Origin: Bacteroidales bacterium
GTDB lineage: Bacteria; Bacteroidota; Bacteroidia; Bacteroidales; UBA3663
NCBI GenBank assembly: GCA_045628525.1
Contig: JAZQPJ010000034.1
Coordinates: 4,061-68,060, forward strand
Reading direction: 5' to 3'
DNA: 64,000 nt
Within the stretch, counting starts at the first letter, position 1; each line of letters starts with the position of its first letter. The translations under genes were made by a program, and so were the position numbers. The notes under the pieces were generated by a model, which searched no databases, was not told the DNA's origin, and was given only the letters and a program-made list of their open reading frames with translations. This document shows positions 42,438 through 51,003 of this stretch, piece by piece.

Positions 42438-43451
42438 TTAATTAAGTGCGGTCAGTATCTTGTCAGCCACAGTCTCTGGTGTCAAGCCGCTCATACAGCG
42501 ATAGTCGCCAAACTTGCAAGGCTTGTTGCCATAGATGGAGCAAGGACGGCAGGGGAGGGGCAGCTCGATGCAGTCAGAAGGCTGTTGTCCGTAGCCCAGG
42601 AATCCGGCATACTGATGTGTGGCTCCCCAGATGGAGAAGCAGCGTGTTCCGACAAGAGAAGCCAGATGCATATTGGCCGAGTCCATCGAAACCATGGCAC
42701 GCAGACATGACATGGTGCGCAGGTCAGCATCAATGAACTGAGCTCCGGCCAGATTGTGTATGCGGTCAGGGTTGTCTTGTCTCCACAATTCGAGTTCTGC
42801 AGCCTCTTCCTTGCTGCCAAACAGATAAATGTGCAGGTCGGGACGCTTTTGCAACATGAGACGGATTGCCTGCCGCATCTGGGCTATCGGATAAATCTTG
42901 CCTTGATGTTGAGCAAAGGGGGCGATACCGATTGAGGTCGGGGAGACATCTCTGTCTGTCCCTGCTAATAGTAGTCCGACCTTTCGGCCATCGTAATCAA
43001 CCTCAAAAGGATAACCAAGTTCTGCAAAGACAGCCCGATAACGTTCGATGCCACTGGTCAATTGCTTGAAGTCCTGATGGGCGGTGAGTGACTTTTTGTC
43101 CTTGCGTCCCTTGTCGATTACGCTTACCTTCTTTCCTGCCAACTTGAAGCGGATACGTACCCACTTGGTTCGCAACACATCGTGCAGATCAGCCACAACA
43201 TCAAAATGCTGCTCCCGTAACTCATTATAGAGTTTGTTCATACCCGACAGACCATTGTAGTCGTTCTTGTTGATGGCAAGACACTTGAAGTTGGGCAGAT
43301 GGATGACAGTATTGGCGACCTTGGCGCCAATCTTGCTGGTGAGCAAGGTCAGCTCCACATCTGGATAGGTGCGGCAGAACGAATCAAGCACGGGCAACGT
43401 CATACAGATGTCGCCCAATGCACTCAAGCGGATGGCAAGGATCTTAGTCAT
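42438..43451 (-). CDS. Glycosyltransferase family 9 (LPS heptosyltransferase-like)
   Basis: ILAIRLSALGD N-terminus, the GT9 C-terminal SMDSANMHLA motif and a terminal CRPC...C cluster. Confidence 0.85.
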   Translation of the reverse strand: MTKILAIRLSALGDICMTLPVLDSFCRTYPDVELTLLTSKIGAKVANTVIHLPNFKCLAINKNDYNGLSGMNKLYNELREQHFDVVADLHDVLRTKWVRIRFKLAGKKVSVIDKGRKDKKSLTAHQDFKQLTSGIERYRAVFAELGYPFEVDYDGRKVGLLLAGTDRDVSPTSIGIAPFAQHQGKIYPIAQMRQAIRLMLQKRPDLHIYLFGSKEEAAELELWRQDNPDRIHNLAGAQFIDADLRTMSCLRAMVSMDSANMHLASLVGTRCFSIWGATHQYAGFLGYGQQPSDCIELPLPCRPCSIYGNKPCKFGDYRCMSGLTPETVADKILTALN

Positions 43452-44060
43452 TTATTTCGTGTTGGCGTAGAGCACAGGATTGAGGTTCGGATCGTTGTAC
43501 ATCTTCATCTGCTTATACACTTTCATGTACTTGCGGCCTGCTGCTATATCGTCGAGCAGCTGGCTGATGGCGGTGGTCAGATCCTCATGCTGTGTGAGCA
43601 GCACGTTGAGCTTCTGCTGGCACTTGTCATGATGCTCCTGGCTTACGTCGGTGCGATCCACTTCTACCTGCATGTGATAGATCTTCAGATAAAGGATCGA
43701 CAGGCGGTCAATGGCCCATGCTGGTGATTCTGTGTTGATGGTGGCATCAGGCAACACGTTTACCTCCTTGTATGTATCCAGGAAGTAGGAATCGATCATC
43801 TCTACCAAGTCGGTACGGTCCTGGTTCGATTTGTCAATACGACGCTTCAAGACCAAAGCGGCAGCCGGATCAATTTCCGGGTCACGGATGATGTCTTCGA
43901 AGTGCCACTGTACAGTATCGATCCAATTCTTCAGATAGAGATAGAACTCGATAGTGCCCTGCTGGAAGGGATTCTGGATGGGAGTGTCAACGTTGTCAGT
44001 CTTGTGATAGTCGGCAATCGACTGCTTGAAGATGCCGTCACATAGTTCAGTAAATTTCAT
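43452..44060 (-). CDS. DUF4254-family protein
   Basis: About 200 aa directly abutting the GT9 gene, a pairing typical of Bacteroidetes. The start was set at MKFTELC downstream of a -7 box. Confidence 0.7.
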   Translation of the reverse strand: MKFTELCDGIFKQSIADYHKTDNVDTPIQNPFQQGTIEFYLYLKNWIDTVQWHFEDIIRDPEIDPAAALVLKRRIDKSNQDRTDLVEMIDSYFLDTYKEVNVLPDATINTESPAWAIDRLSILYLKIYHMQVEVDRTDVSQEHHDKCQQKLNVLLTQHEDLTTAISQLLDDIAAGRKYMKVYKQMKMYNDPNLNPVLYANTK

Positions 44061-44092
44061 ATTTATATTTAATGTTAATTTCAAAATTGCTG

Positions 44093-44100
44093 CAAAGATA
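44093..44100 (-). promoter_or_regulatory. -7 promoter box (TATCTTTG) for the DUF4254-GT9 unit
   Basis: Matches TAnnTTTG about 33 nt upstream of ATG 44060. Confidence 0.5.
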
Positions 44101-44143
44101 GTTATTTTTTTCCAAAAAAAGTACAACTTTGCCAAAAATTCTT

Positions 44144-44151
44144 TATCTTTG
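44144..44151 (+). promoter_or_regulatory. -7 promoter box (TATCTTTG) for topB
   Basis: Matches TAnnTTTG about 86 nt upstream of ATG 44237. Confidence 0.4.
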
Positions 44152-44236
44152 CACCCGATTTTTCACGAAAAGGGGATGTTTTTACAACTTATCGCCCTAT
44201 AAATAGCCCAAATCTAATTATAAATTAGTTTACGAA

Positions 44237-46357
44237 ATGAAAGTTTGTATCGCAGAGAAGCCCTCCGTGGCTCAGAGCATCGCCCAAATCCTTGGAGCCA
44301 GTCAGCGCCAGGGTCGCGGCCCTGTAGGTTATTGGGAGGGCAATGGCTATCAGGTCACCTGGACTTTTGGCCATCTGTGCGAGCTCAAGAATCCCGAGGA
44401 ATACGATCAGCGCTGGAAAGCCTGGAGTCTGGTGTGGCTTCCCATCATGCCACAACGTTTTGGCATCTCGCTCAAGGAGGACAACATGGTCAAGCAGCAG
44501 TTCGATGTCATCAAGCGTCTATATGACGATGCCGAGTGCATCATCAACTGCGGTGATGCCGGCCAGGAAGGAGAACTGATACAGCGATGGGTGATGCAGA
44601 AGTCTGGTGCTAGCGATCGCGAGCGTGCCGGGCAAATCCCTATTTATCGACTGTGGATCAACTCGATGACCGATGATGCTATTCGCGAAGGATTTGCTCA
44701 TCTGGAGTTGCAGCAGAAGTACGAACGTCTCTATCTGGCAGGCCTCAGTCGCGCCATTGGCGACTGGCTTCTGGGCATGAATGCCACACGCCTCTATACG
44801 CTTCGCTATGGACAGACGGGAGCACGCCAGGTGCTCTCCATCGGTCGTGTGCAGACGCCCACGCTTGCCATGATCGTGAAGCGACACTTTGAGATTGTGA
44901 ATTTCCAGCCACAACCATATTGGGAACTCAAGACCCTTTATCGTGATGTCACCTTCAACAGCACCAAAGGGCGCTACGAGAAGATTGAGGAGGCACAGCA
45001 GGCACTTGAGGCAATCAAGGATGCTCCATTCACAATCACCGATGTGCAGAAGAAGTCGGGCAAGGAGTCGCCCAAGCGTCTGTATGACCTTTCGGCCCTG
45101 CAGGTGGATTGTAATCGAAAGTTCGGGTTGACGGCCGAGCAGACGCTGCAGACCATCCAGTCCCTTTATGAAAAGAAGGTAGCCACATACCCACGTGTGG
45201 ATACTACATTCCTGCCCGATGATGTCTATCCGAAGTGTCCTGGCATCTTACAGGGATTGCGTGGCTATGAAGGATTCACCCAGCCTCTGTTGAACTCTGG
45301 CAAGAAGTTGCCGAAGTCCAAGCAGGTGTTCGACAACAGTAAGGTGACCGACCACCACGCCATCATTCCGACAGGCGTTCCTCCCATGGCTTTGACCCAG
45401 ATTGAGCATCAGGTATTCGACTTGATTGCACGTCGGTTTATTTCAGTCTTTTATCCTGATTGCCTGTTCGATACGACCACAGTCATGGGCGAAGCAGCCA
45501 AGGTGGAATTCAAGGCAACGGGCAAGCTGATTACCAATCCTGGCTGGCGCATACTTTACAGCGATCAGAAGGAGGAGGAAGATGATAAGGATGGTGGATC
45601 TTTGCTGCCAGAATTTACTATTGGCGAACGTGGTCCGCACACTCCTTCGTTGCTCGACAAATGGACTCAACCTCCGAAGTTGTATAATGAGGCTACGCTG
45701 ATCCGTGCCATGGAGACGGCGGGCAAGCAATGTGAGGATGAAGAACTTCGTGATGCCATGAAGGAGAACGGCATCGGACGTCCTTCCACCCGCGCCGCTA
45801 TCATCGAGACGCTGATCAAGCGACGCTACATCCGTCGTGACAAGAAGAGTCTTGTGGCCACACAGACGGGCATCGACGTCATTCAGGTAATTCACGAGGA
45901 GTTGCTCAAGAGCCCCGAGTTGACGGGCCAATGGGAACGCAAGCTGCGCATGATCGAACGAGGCGAATATGAAGCCTCGCAATTCATTGCCGAACTCAAG
46001 CAGATGGTGATGGAGATTATCCAGAGCGTGATGAGTGACAACACCAACCGCCAGGTGGCGTATGTCGATCCGGAAGAGGAAAAGAAACGTGCAGCCGCCG
46101 AAAAGCGTGCTGCTGCTGCCGAGAAGAAGGCTGCGGACGAAGCTGCCGGAGTGGTCAAACCCAAGCGCGCTCCTCGCAAGAAGAAGTCCGATACTGCTTC
46201 CACATCATCCACTCCACAAAATCCTCAGCCTCCACAATCTCTTCCCCAACCTCCTGCCGTCTGCCCTCTTTGTGGCGGACAGGTTCTCAAGGGGAAGACT
46301 GCATTCGGTTGTGCCAATTGGCGTAATGGTTGCACATGGCGTCTGCCGTTTGCCTGA
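44237..46357 (+). CDS. topB: DNA topoisomerase III
   Basis: TOPRIM start MKVCIAEKPS, GRVQTPTL and the active-site region. It has a K/A/E-rich and Pro-rich tail ending in a zinc ribbon, CPLCGG...CANWRNGC. Confidence 0.9.
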   Translation: MKVCIAEKPSVAQSIAQILGASQRQGRGPVGYWEGNGYQVTWTFGHLCELKNPEEYDQRWKAWSLVWLPIMPQRFGISLKEDNMVKQQFDVIKRLYDDAECIINCGDAGQEGELIQRWVMQKSGASDRERAGQIPIYRLWINSMTDDAIREGFAHLELQQKYERLYLAGLSRAIGDWLLGMNATRLYTLRYGQTGARQVLSIGRVQTPTLAMIVKRHFEIVNFQPQPYWELKTLYRDVTFNSTKGRYEKIEEAQQALEAIKDAPFTITDVQKKSGKESPKRLYDLSALQVDCNRKFGLTAEQTLQTIQSLYEKKVATYPRVDTTFLPDDVYPKCPGILQGLRGYEGFTQPLLNSGKKLPKSKQVFDNSKVTDHHAIIPTGVPPMALTQIEHQVFDLIARRFISVFYPDCLFDTTTVMGEAAKVEFKATGKLITNPGWRILYSDQKEEEDDKDGGSLLPEFTIGERGPHTPSLLDKWTQPPKLYNEATLIRAMETAGKQCEDEELRDAMKENGIGRPSTRAAIIETLIKRRYIRRDKKSLVATQTGIDVIQVIHEELLKSPELTGQWERKLRMIERGEYEASQFIAELKQMVMEIIQSVMSDNTNRQVAYVDPEEEKKRAAAEKRAAAAEKKAADEAAGVVKPKRAPRKKKSDTASTSSTPQNPQPPQSLPQPPAVCPLCGGQVLKGKTAFGCANWRNGCTWRLPFA

Positions 46358-46450
46358 TAGGAACTGCTATTTCAATATTTAAAAAAGGCAATTTACTAGC
46401 GGAAAAAGTGAAAAAGGTATAAATTATTTGGTATTTCGCGAAAAATAGAC

Positions 46451-46458
46451 TATCTTTG
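46451..46458 (+). promoter_or_regulatory. -7 promoter box (TATCTTTG) for the lptD-like gene
   Basis: Matches TAnnTTTG about 24 nt upstream of ATG 46482. Confidence 0.5.
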
Positions 46459-46481
46459 CGCCGTTTTACGTACGAATATAG

Positions 46482-49388
46482 ATGCTTTCGCATATCAAAT
46501 ATATCATTCGAAAGGGATTTGCACCCTTGTTGCTGGCCCTCCTGCTGCTGCCATCATGGCTCGGTGGGGGAGCCTTTGCTGCATCTGTGCGTCAGGTATT
46601 GATTGATACACTTGGCTTGGGTGCAGATGTACCTGCTGACAGTCTTGCCGTTCGTGACAGCATCCTCGATCCTGCCGACAGCATACGCCATGCCATGGAT
46701 AGCTTGCTCAATGCCTCGGATCTGTCTGATCCTATCGCATTGGATAGTTTGCCAGCTGACTCTACCAAGAAAAAGAAGGAGGGAGGCGGCCTCACGGCTG
46801 TGGTTAACTACAAGGCCAAGGATTCTGTCGTGTTCACGATGGGCAACCTTGCCTGGCTGTATGGTCAGTCGCAGATCACGTATGCTGACATCCAGCTCGA
46901 TGCCGAGCGCATCCAACTCTCGCTCGATTCTTCGCTGGTGCATGCCAACGGCGTGCCTGACTCGCTTGGCAAACTTCAGGGCAAGCCTGTTTTCAAGGAC
47001 AATTCAGGTGAGTATGAGACGCGCACCATGTCTTATAACTTCAAGACTGCCAAGGGTTACATCTGTGACGTCGTGACACAGCAGGGCGATGGTTACGTGA
47101 CCGGTGGCGTCACCAAGAAGATGCCCGACAGCGACATCTTCCTCGAGGACGGCAAATACACCACTTGCGACCAGGTGGAGTGTCCGCACTTCTACATCCA
47201 GCTCACCAAGGCACGCGTCCGTCCGAAGAAGAACATAGTGACCGGCCCTGCCTATCTCGTTGTGGCCGATGTGCCACTGCCTGTGGCCATTCCTTTCGGG
47301 TATTTCCCATTCACGAAGAGTTATTCTTCGGGTATTATCATGCCAAGCTATGGTACGGACCAGCAGCGAGGCCTCTATCTGCGCGATGGCGGTTATTACT
47401 TCGCCATCAACGATTATGTCGATCTGGCGCTGAAGGGCGAGATTTATACCAAGGGTTCATGGGGTATCTCAGCCGAAAGCCGTTATTCCGTTCGCTACAA
47501 GTACAAGGGCAACTTCTCGTTCAGCTATCTGGTGAGCAAGACGGGCGACAAGGGCCTGCAGGATTATCAGGAGCAGAACAACATGCGCGTGGTATGGAGC
47601 CACTCGCAGGACAGCCGCTTCAATCCGAACCTCACGCTTTCGGCCTCGGTCAACTATACAACTTCCGGATTTGAACGCAGCAACACCCGTTCGCTCTATA
47701 GCAACGAGATGACGCAGTCCACCAAGTCGTCAACCATCAATGCGACATACAAGGTTCCAAATTCCCTGTGGAGCCTCTCTGCTTCGACCAGCATCACGCA
47801 GCGAACCACCGACTCCACGCTCGTCGTTTCGTTGCCCGACCTTTCTCTCTCCATGAGCCGATGGTTCCCATTCAAGCGCAAGAAGGCTGCAGGTGCCGAC
47901 CGTTGGTACGAGAAGATTTCGATGACCTACCAGGGACGCATCAGCAACAACATCACCGCCAAGCAGGATGAGATCTTGCGCAAGAGCCTGATACGCGATT
48001 GGGATAACGGCATGCAGCACAGCATTCCACTTAGCGCCACGTTCACGGCCTTGAAGTATATCAACATTACGCCAAGTTTCTCATTCACCGATCGAACCTA
48101 TTCGCACAAAACCGTACAGCACTATGATCCGAGTCTGCGCAATGAACGCGACGGATCGCTGGGCGGTGTAGCAAAGGACACGATCTACGGTTTCTACAAT
48201 GCTTATAATTTCAACACGGCTATTTCTGCCAATACCAAGCTGTATGGCTTCTACACTCCATTGTGGAAGAACTCCAAGCTCGTGGCAGTACGTCACCTGC
48301 TGACTCCATCCATCTCGTTCAACTATACTCCTGACTTCTCTGATAAGAAGTACGGCAGCTGGGGCTCATACTATGTTCCCGATTCCACGTCTGTCACAGG
48401 CCGCAAAGAGGTGAAGTATTCGTATTTCCAGGGATATAAATTCGGCACACCAAGTGGTGGACGCAGCGGAAGCATCAGTCTTAGTCTGGCCAATAATATT
48501 GAGGCAAAAGTTCGTTCTGATAAAGATTCAACAGGATACAAGAAGATTTCAATTATCGATAATCTTACGACTAATCTGTCGTATAACATGGTTGCCGACT
48601 CCATGCGCTGGAGTCCCACTTTGCCTGTGACCGCCACTTTCAAGTTCAGCAAGAACTCGACGATGAACCTCAATGCCACCTTCGACCTGTACTGCTACGA
48701 TGACAATGGTAAATATTATGACAAGTTCCGTCTTTTCCACGGTCCATTGCCTCGACTGATGAATACAGGTTACTCCTGGAGCTATCAGTTGAACAACGAG
48801 AAGCTCGCCAAACTCTTTGGCCGAGGCAGCGGCAACGATGATGATGACGATGACATGGACGAAGATCTAGACTTTGACGAAGATGGCTATGTCGATGAAG
48901 AGATTGATCCCACCAGCCTCGAAGGCATGCAGCGCAGTCAGGCCAAGAACAAACGCAAGAAAGAAAAGAAAGCTGCCACCGGCAAATACGATGATGATGG
49001 CTACCTGATCTGGAAGTTGCCTTGGTCACTCAACTTCTCATATTCGATGCGTTACCAGTACGATCGTCAGAAGTTTGACAAGAAGACGCATGAATATGAT
49101 CGAACCATCGTACATTCAGCGACGTTGTCGGGAACTTTCCAACCGACCGAGGCATGGAACTTCTCGTTCAATGCGTCCTACGATTTCAATTTGGGCAGAG
49201 TGACCCACATGAATATAAATTGTACGCGTGACATGCATTGCTGGGCGCTGACTGCTTCGCTCAATCCGATGGGCCGTTATGCTTCATTCAATGTCAACAT
49301 TGCTGTCAAGAGCTCTATGCTTTCTGACCTCAAGTACGAGAAGACTAGCGTAAGCCGCTCGAACAAGATTGACTGGTACAACGACTAG
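46482..49388 (+). CDS. lptD: LPS-assembly outer-membrane protein, LptD/OstA-like (Bacteroidetes long form)
   Basis: 968 aa with a signal peptide, an OstA-like N-terminal region and a large beta-barrel-type sequence ending in an aromatic residue. It has an acidic D/E insertion near residue 790. Confidence 0.65.
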   Translation: MLSHIKYIIRKGFAPLLLALLLLPSWLGGGAFAASVRQVLIDTLGLGADVPADSLAVRDSILDPADSIRHAMDSLLNASDLSDPIALDSLPADSTKKKKEGGGLTAVVNYKAKDSVVFTMGNLAWLYGQSQITYADIQLDAERIQLSLDSSLVHANGVPDSLGKLQGKPVFKDNSGEYETRTMSYNFKTAKGYICDVVTQQGDGYVTGGVTKKMPDSDIFLEDGKYTTCDQVECPHFYIQLTKARVRPKKNIVTGPAYLVVADVPLPVAIPFGYFPFTKSYSSGIIMPSYGTDQQRGLYLRDGGYYFAINDYVDLALKGEIYTKGSWGISAESRYSVRYKYKGNFSFSYLVSKTGDKGLQDYQEQNNMRVVWSHSQDSRFNPNLTLSASVNYTTSGFERSNTRSLYSNEMTQSTKSSTINATYKVPNSLWSLSASTSITQRTTDSTLVVSLPDLSLSMSRWFPFKRKKAAGADRWYEKISMTYQGRISNNITAKQDEILRKSLIRDWDNGMQHSIPLSATFTALKYINITPSFSFTDRTYSHKTVQHYDPSLRNERDGSLGGVAKDTIYGFYNAYNFNTAISANTKLYGFYTPLWKNSKLVAVRHLLTPSISFNYTPDFSDKKYGSWGSYYVPDSTSVTGRKEVKYSYFQGYKFGTPSGGRSGSISLSLANNIEAKVRSDKDSTGYKKISIIDNLTTNLSYNMVADSMRWSPTLPVTATFKFSKNSTMNLNATFDLYCYDDNGKYYDKFRLFHGPLPRLMNTGYSWSYQLNNEKLAKLFGRGSGNDDDDDDMDEDLDFDEDGYVDEEIDPTSLEGMQRSQAKNKRKKEKKAATGKYDDDGYLIWKLPWSLNFSYSMRYQYDRQKFDKKTHEYDRTIVHSATLSGTFQPTEAWNFSFNASYDFNLGRVTHMNINCTRDMHCWALTASLNPMGRYASFNVNIAVKSSMLSDLKYEKTSVSRSNKIDWYND

Positions 49389-49402
49389 TAAGGTATTATA
49401 CA

Positions 49403-50020
49403 ATGAAAGTAGCAATCATCAAATACAATGCAGGCAATATCTATAGCGTTTATTGTGCCTGCAAGCGCTTGGGTGCCGAGGCTGTGATTACCGACGATCC
49501 CGAGGTGATCCGCTCTGCCGACCGCGTCATCTTCCCTGGCGTAGGCGAGGCACGTGCAGCCATGGACTATCTGCGCGAGCATGGTCTTGACCTGTTGATC
49601 CGAAGCCTCAGGCAACCTGTGCTGGGCATCTGCATCGGCATGCAGCTGATGTGCCGGGAGAGCGAAGAGGGTGCGGCAGATGGCCGAAATACGGAATGTC
49701 TTGGCATTTTCGACGTTCCTGTGCAGCGCTTCCGTCCCGCAGATGCTGACCTCAAGGTTCCGCAGATGGGTTGGAACCAGGTGGCCCCTACTGTCGATAC
49801 CCCATTGTTCGACGGCATTACGGCCGAGGATTACGTCTATTACGTGCATTCCTATCGCGTACCTCTCTCAGCCTACACTATCGCTACCACCGAGTATGGC
49901 GAAGTCTATAGCGCCGCCCTGCATAAAGACAACTTCTGGGCCACGCAGTTCCATCCCGAGAAGTCGGGTTCCATAGGGGAGCAGATCCTCAAGAACTTTA
50001 TTTTCACAGCTCGTAAATAG
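49403..50020 (+). CDS. hisH: Imidazole glycerol phosphate synthase, glutamine amidotransferase subunit
   Basis: PGVGEA, the nucleophile motif GICIGMQL and QFHPEKS. Confidence 0.95.
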   Translation: MKVAIIKYNAGNIYSVYCACKRLGAEAVITDDPEVIRSADRVIFPGVGEARAAMDYLREHGLDLLIRSLRQPVLGICIGMQLMCRESEEGAADGRNTECLGIFDVPVQRFRPADADLKVPQMGWNQVAPTVDTPLFDGITAEDYVYYVHSYRVPLSAYTIATTEYGEVYSAALHKDNFWATQFHPEKSGSIGEQILKNFIFTARK

Positions 50021-50039
50021 TCAAATTCCACGTCGTGTT

Positions 50040-50768
50040 ATGATCGAACTCATTCCTGCCATTGACATTATCGATGGCAAACTGGTGCGCCTCTCCAAGG
50101 GCGACTATAATGCCAAGACCGAATACAGCCAAGAGCCGCTCGAAGTGGCCAAGAGCCTCGAAGACATCGGCATACGCCGCCTGCATCTCGTTGACCTGGA
50201 TGGTGCCAAGGGCGGCCACATCGTCAACCATCGCGTGCTTGAGCAGATAGCCACCAACACCCACCTCACCATCGACTTCGGCGGTGGCATCAAGAGCGAC
50301 GAGGATGCTCACATCGCCTTCGAGAGTGGTGCCAGCATGATCACAGGCGGCTCCATTGCCGTCAAATATCCGCAGATGTTCCTGTCATGGCTCGAACGCT
50401 ATGGATCGGATCATATCATCCTCGGCGCCGACATCAAGAACGGCTGCATAGCCGTACAGGGCTGGCTTGAGTCGAGCGATGCTCGCTGGCAGACCTTCCT
50501 GCAGAGTTATGTGTCGCGTGGCGTCAGCCAGGTCATCAGCACCGACATCTCGCGCGACGGCATGCTCTCCGGTCCCGCCACCGAACTCTATAAGGACATG
50601 ATGGCCGAGTTTCCAGGTCTCCACGTCACAGCCTCGGGCGGCGTGTCGTGCATGAGCGATGTCTTCCAGCTGCAGGACGCTGGCGTGCCTGCTGTCATCA
50701 TGGGCAAAGCCATCTATGAGGGCCGCATCACCTATCAGGAGATTGAGTCGTTCCTGGCCAAGGGCTAA
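50040..50768 (+). CDS. hisA: 1-(5-phosphoribosyl)-5-[(5-phosphoribosylamino)methylideneamino]imidazole-4-carboxamide isomerase
   Basis: IPAIDIIDGKLVRL start and the HisA/HisF barrel motifs. Confidence 0.95.
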   Translation: MIELIPAIDIIDGKLVRLSKGDYNAKTEYSQEPLEVAKSLEDIGIRRLHLVDLDGAKGGHIVNHRVLEQIATNTHLTIDFGGGIKSDEDAHIAFESGASMITGGSIAVKYPQMFLSWLERYGSDHIILGADIKNGCIAVQGWLESSDARWQTFLQSYVSRGVSQVISTDISRDGMLSGPATELYKDMMAEFPGLHVTASGGVSCMSDVFQLQDAGVPAVIMGKAIYEGRITYQEIESFLAKG

Positions 50769-50831
50769 CCCAGCTTCACACCATCCTAACTCCCTAATTT
50801 CAGAACTCCATAACTTCTTAATTTGAAAATT

Positions 50832-50866
50832 CGAGTCCCACGTCCCACGTAGGACTCGTTTTTTTT
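50832..50866 (+). terminator. Rho-independent terminator after hisA
   Basis: CGAGTCCCACG/CGTAGGACTCG stem followed by T8. Confidence 0.8.
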
Positions 50867-50949
50867 ATATTATGTTTCAAAAATGAAACAAAGACTACGA
50901 TTTTTGATACCATTTATCACATGTGCACGTATGTTACATAATAACTTAT

Positions 50950-50957
50950 TATCTTTG
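50950..50957 (+). promoter_or_regulatory. -7 promoter box (TATCTTTG) for the GH9 gene
   Basis: Matches TAnnTTTG about 47 nt upstream of ATG 51004. Confidence 0.5.
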
Positions 50958-51003
50958 CAGCGTTGTTTCACATACTCTCATTCATCAAAATATATCAAAT
51001 CTT

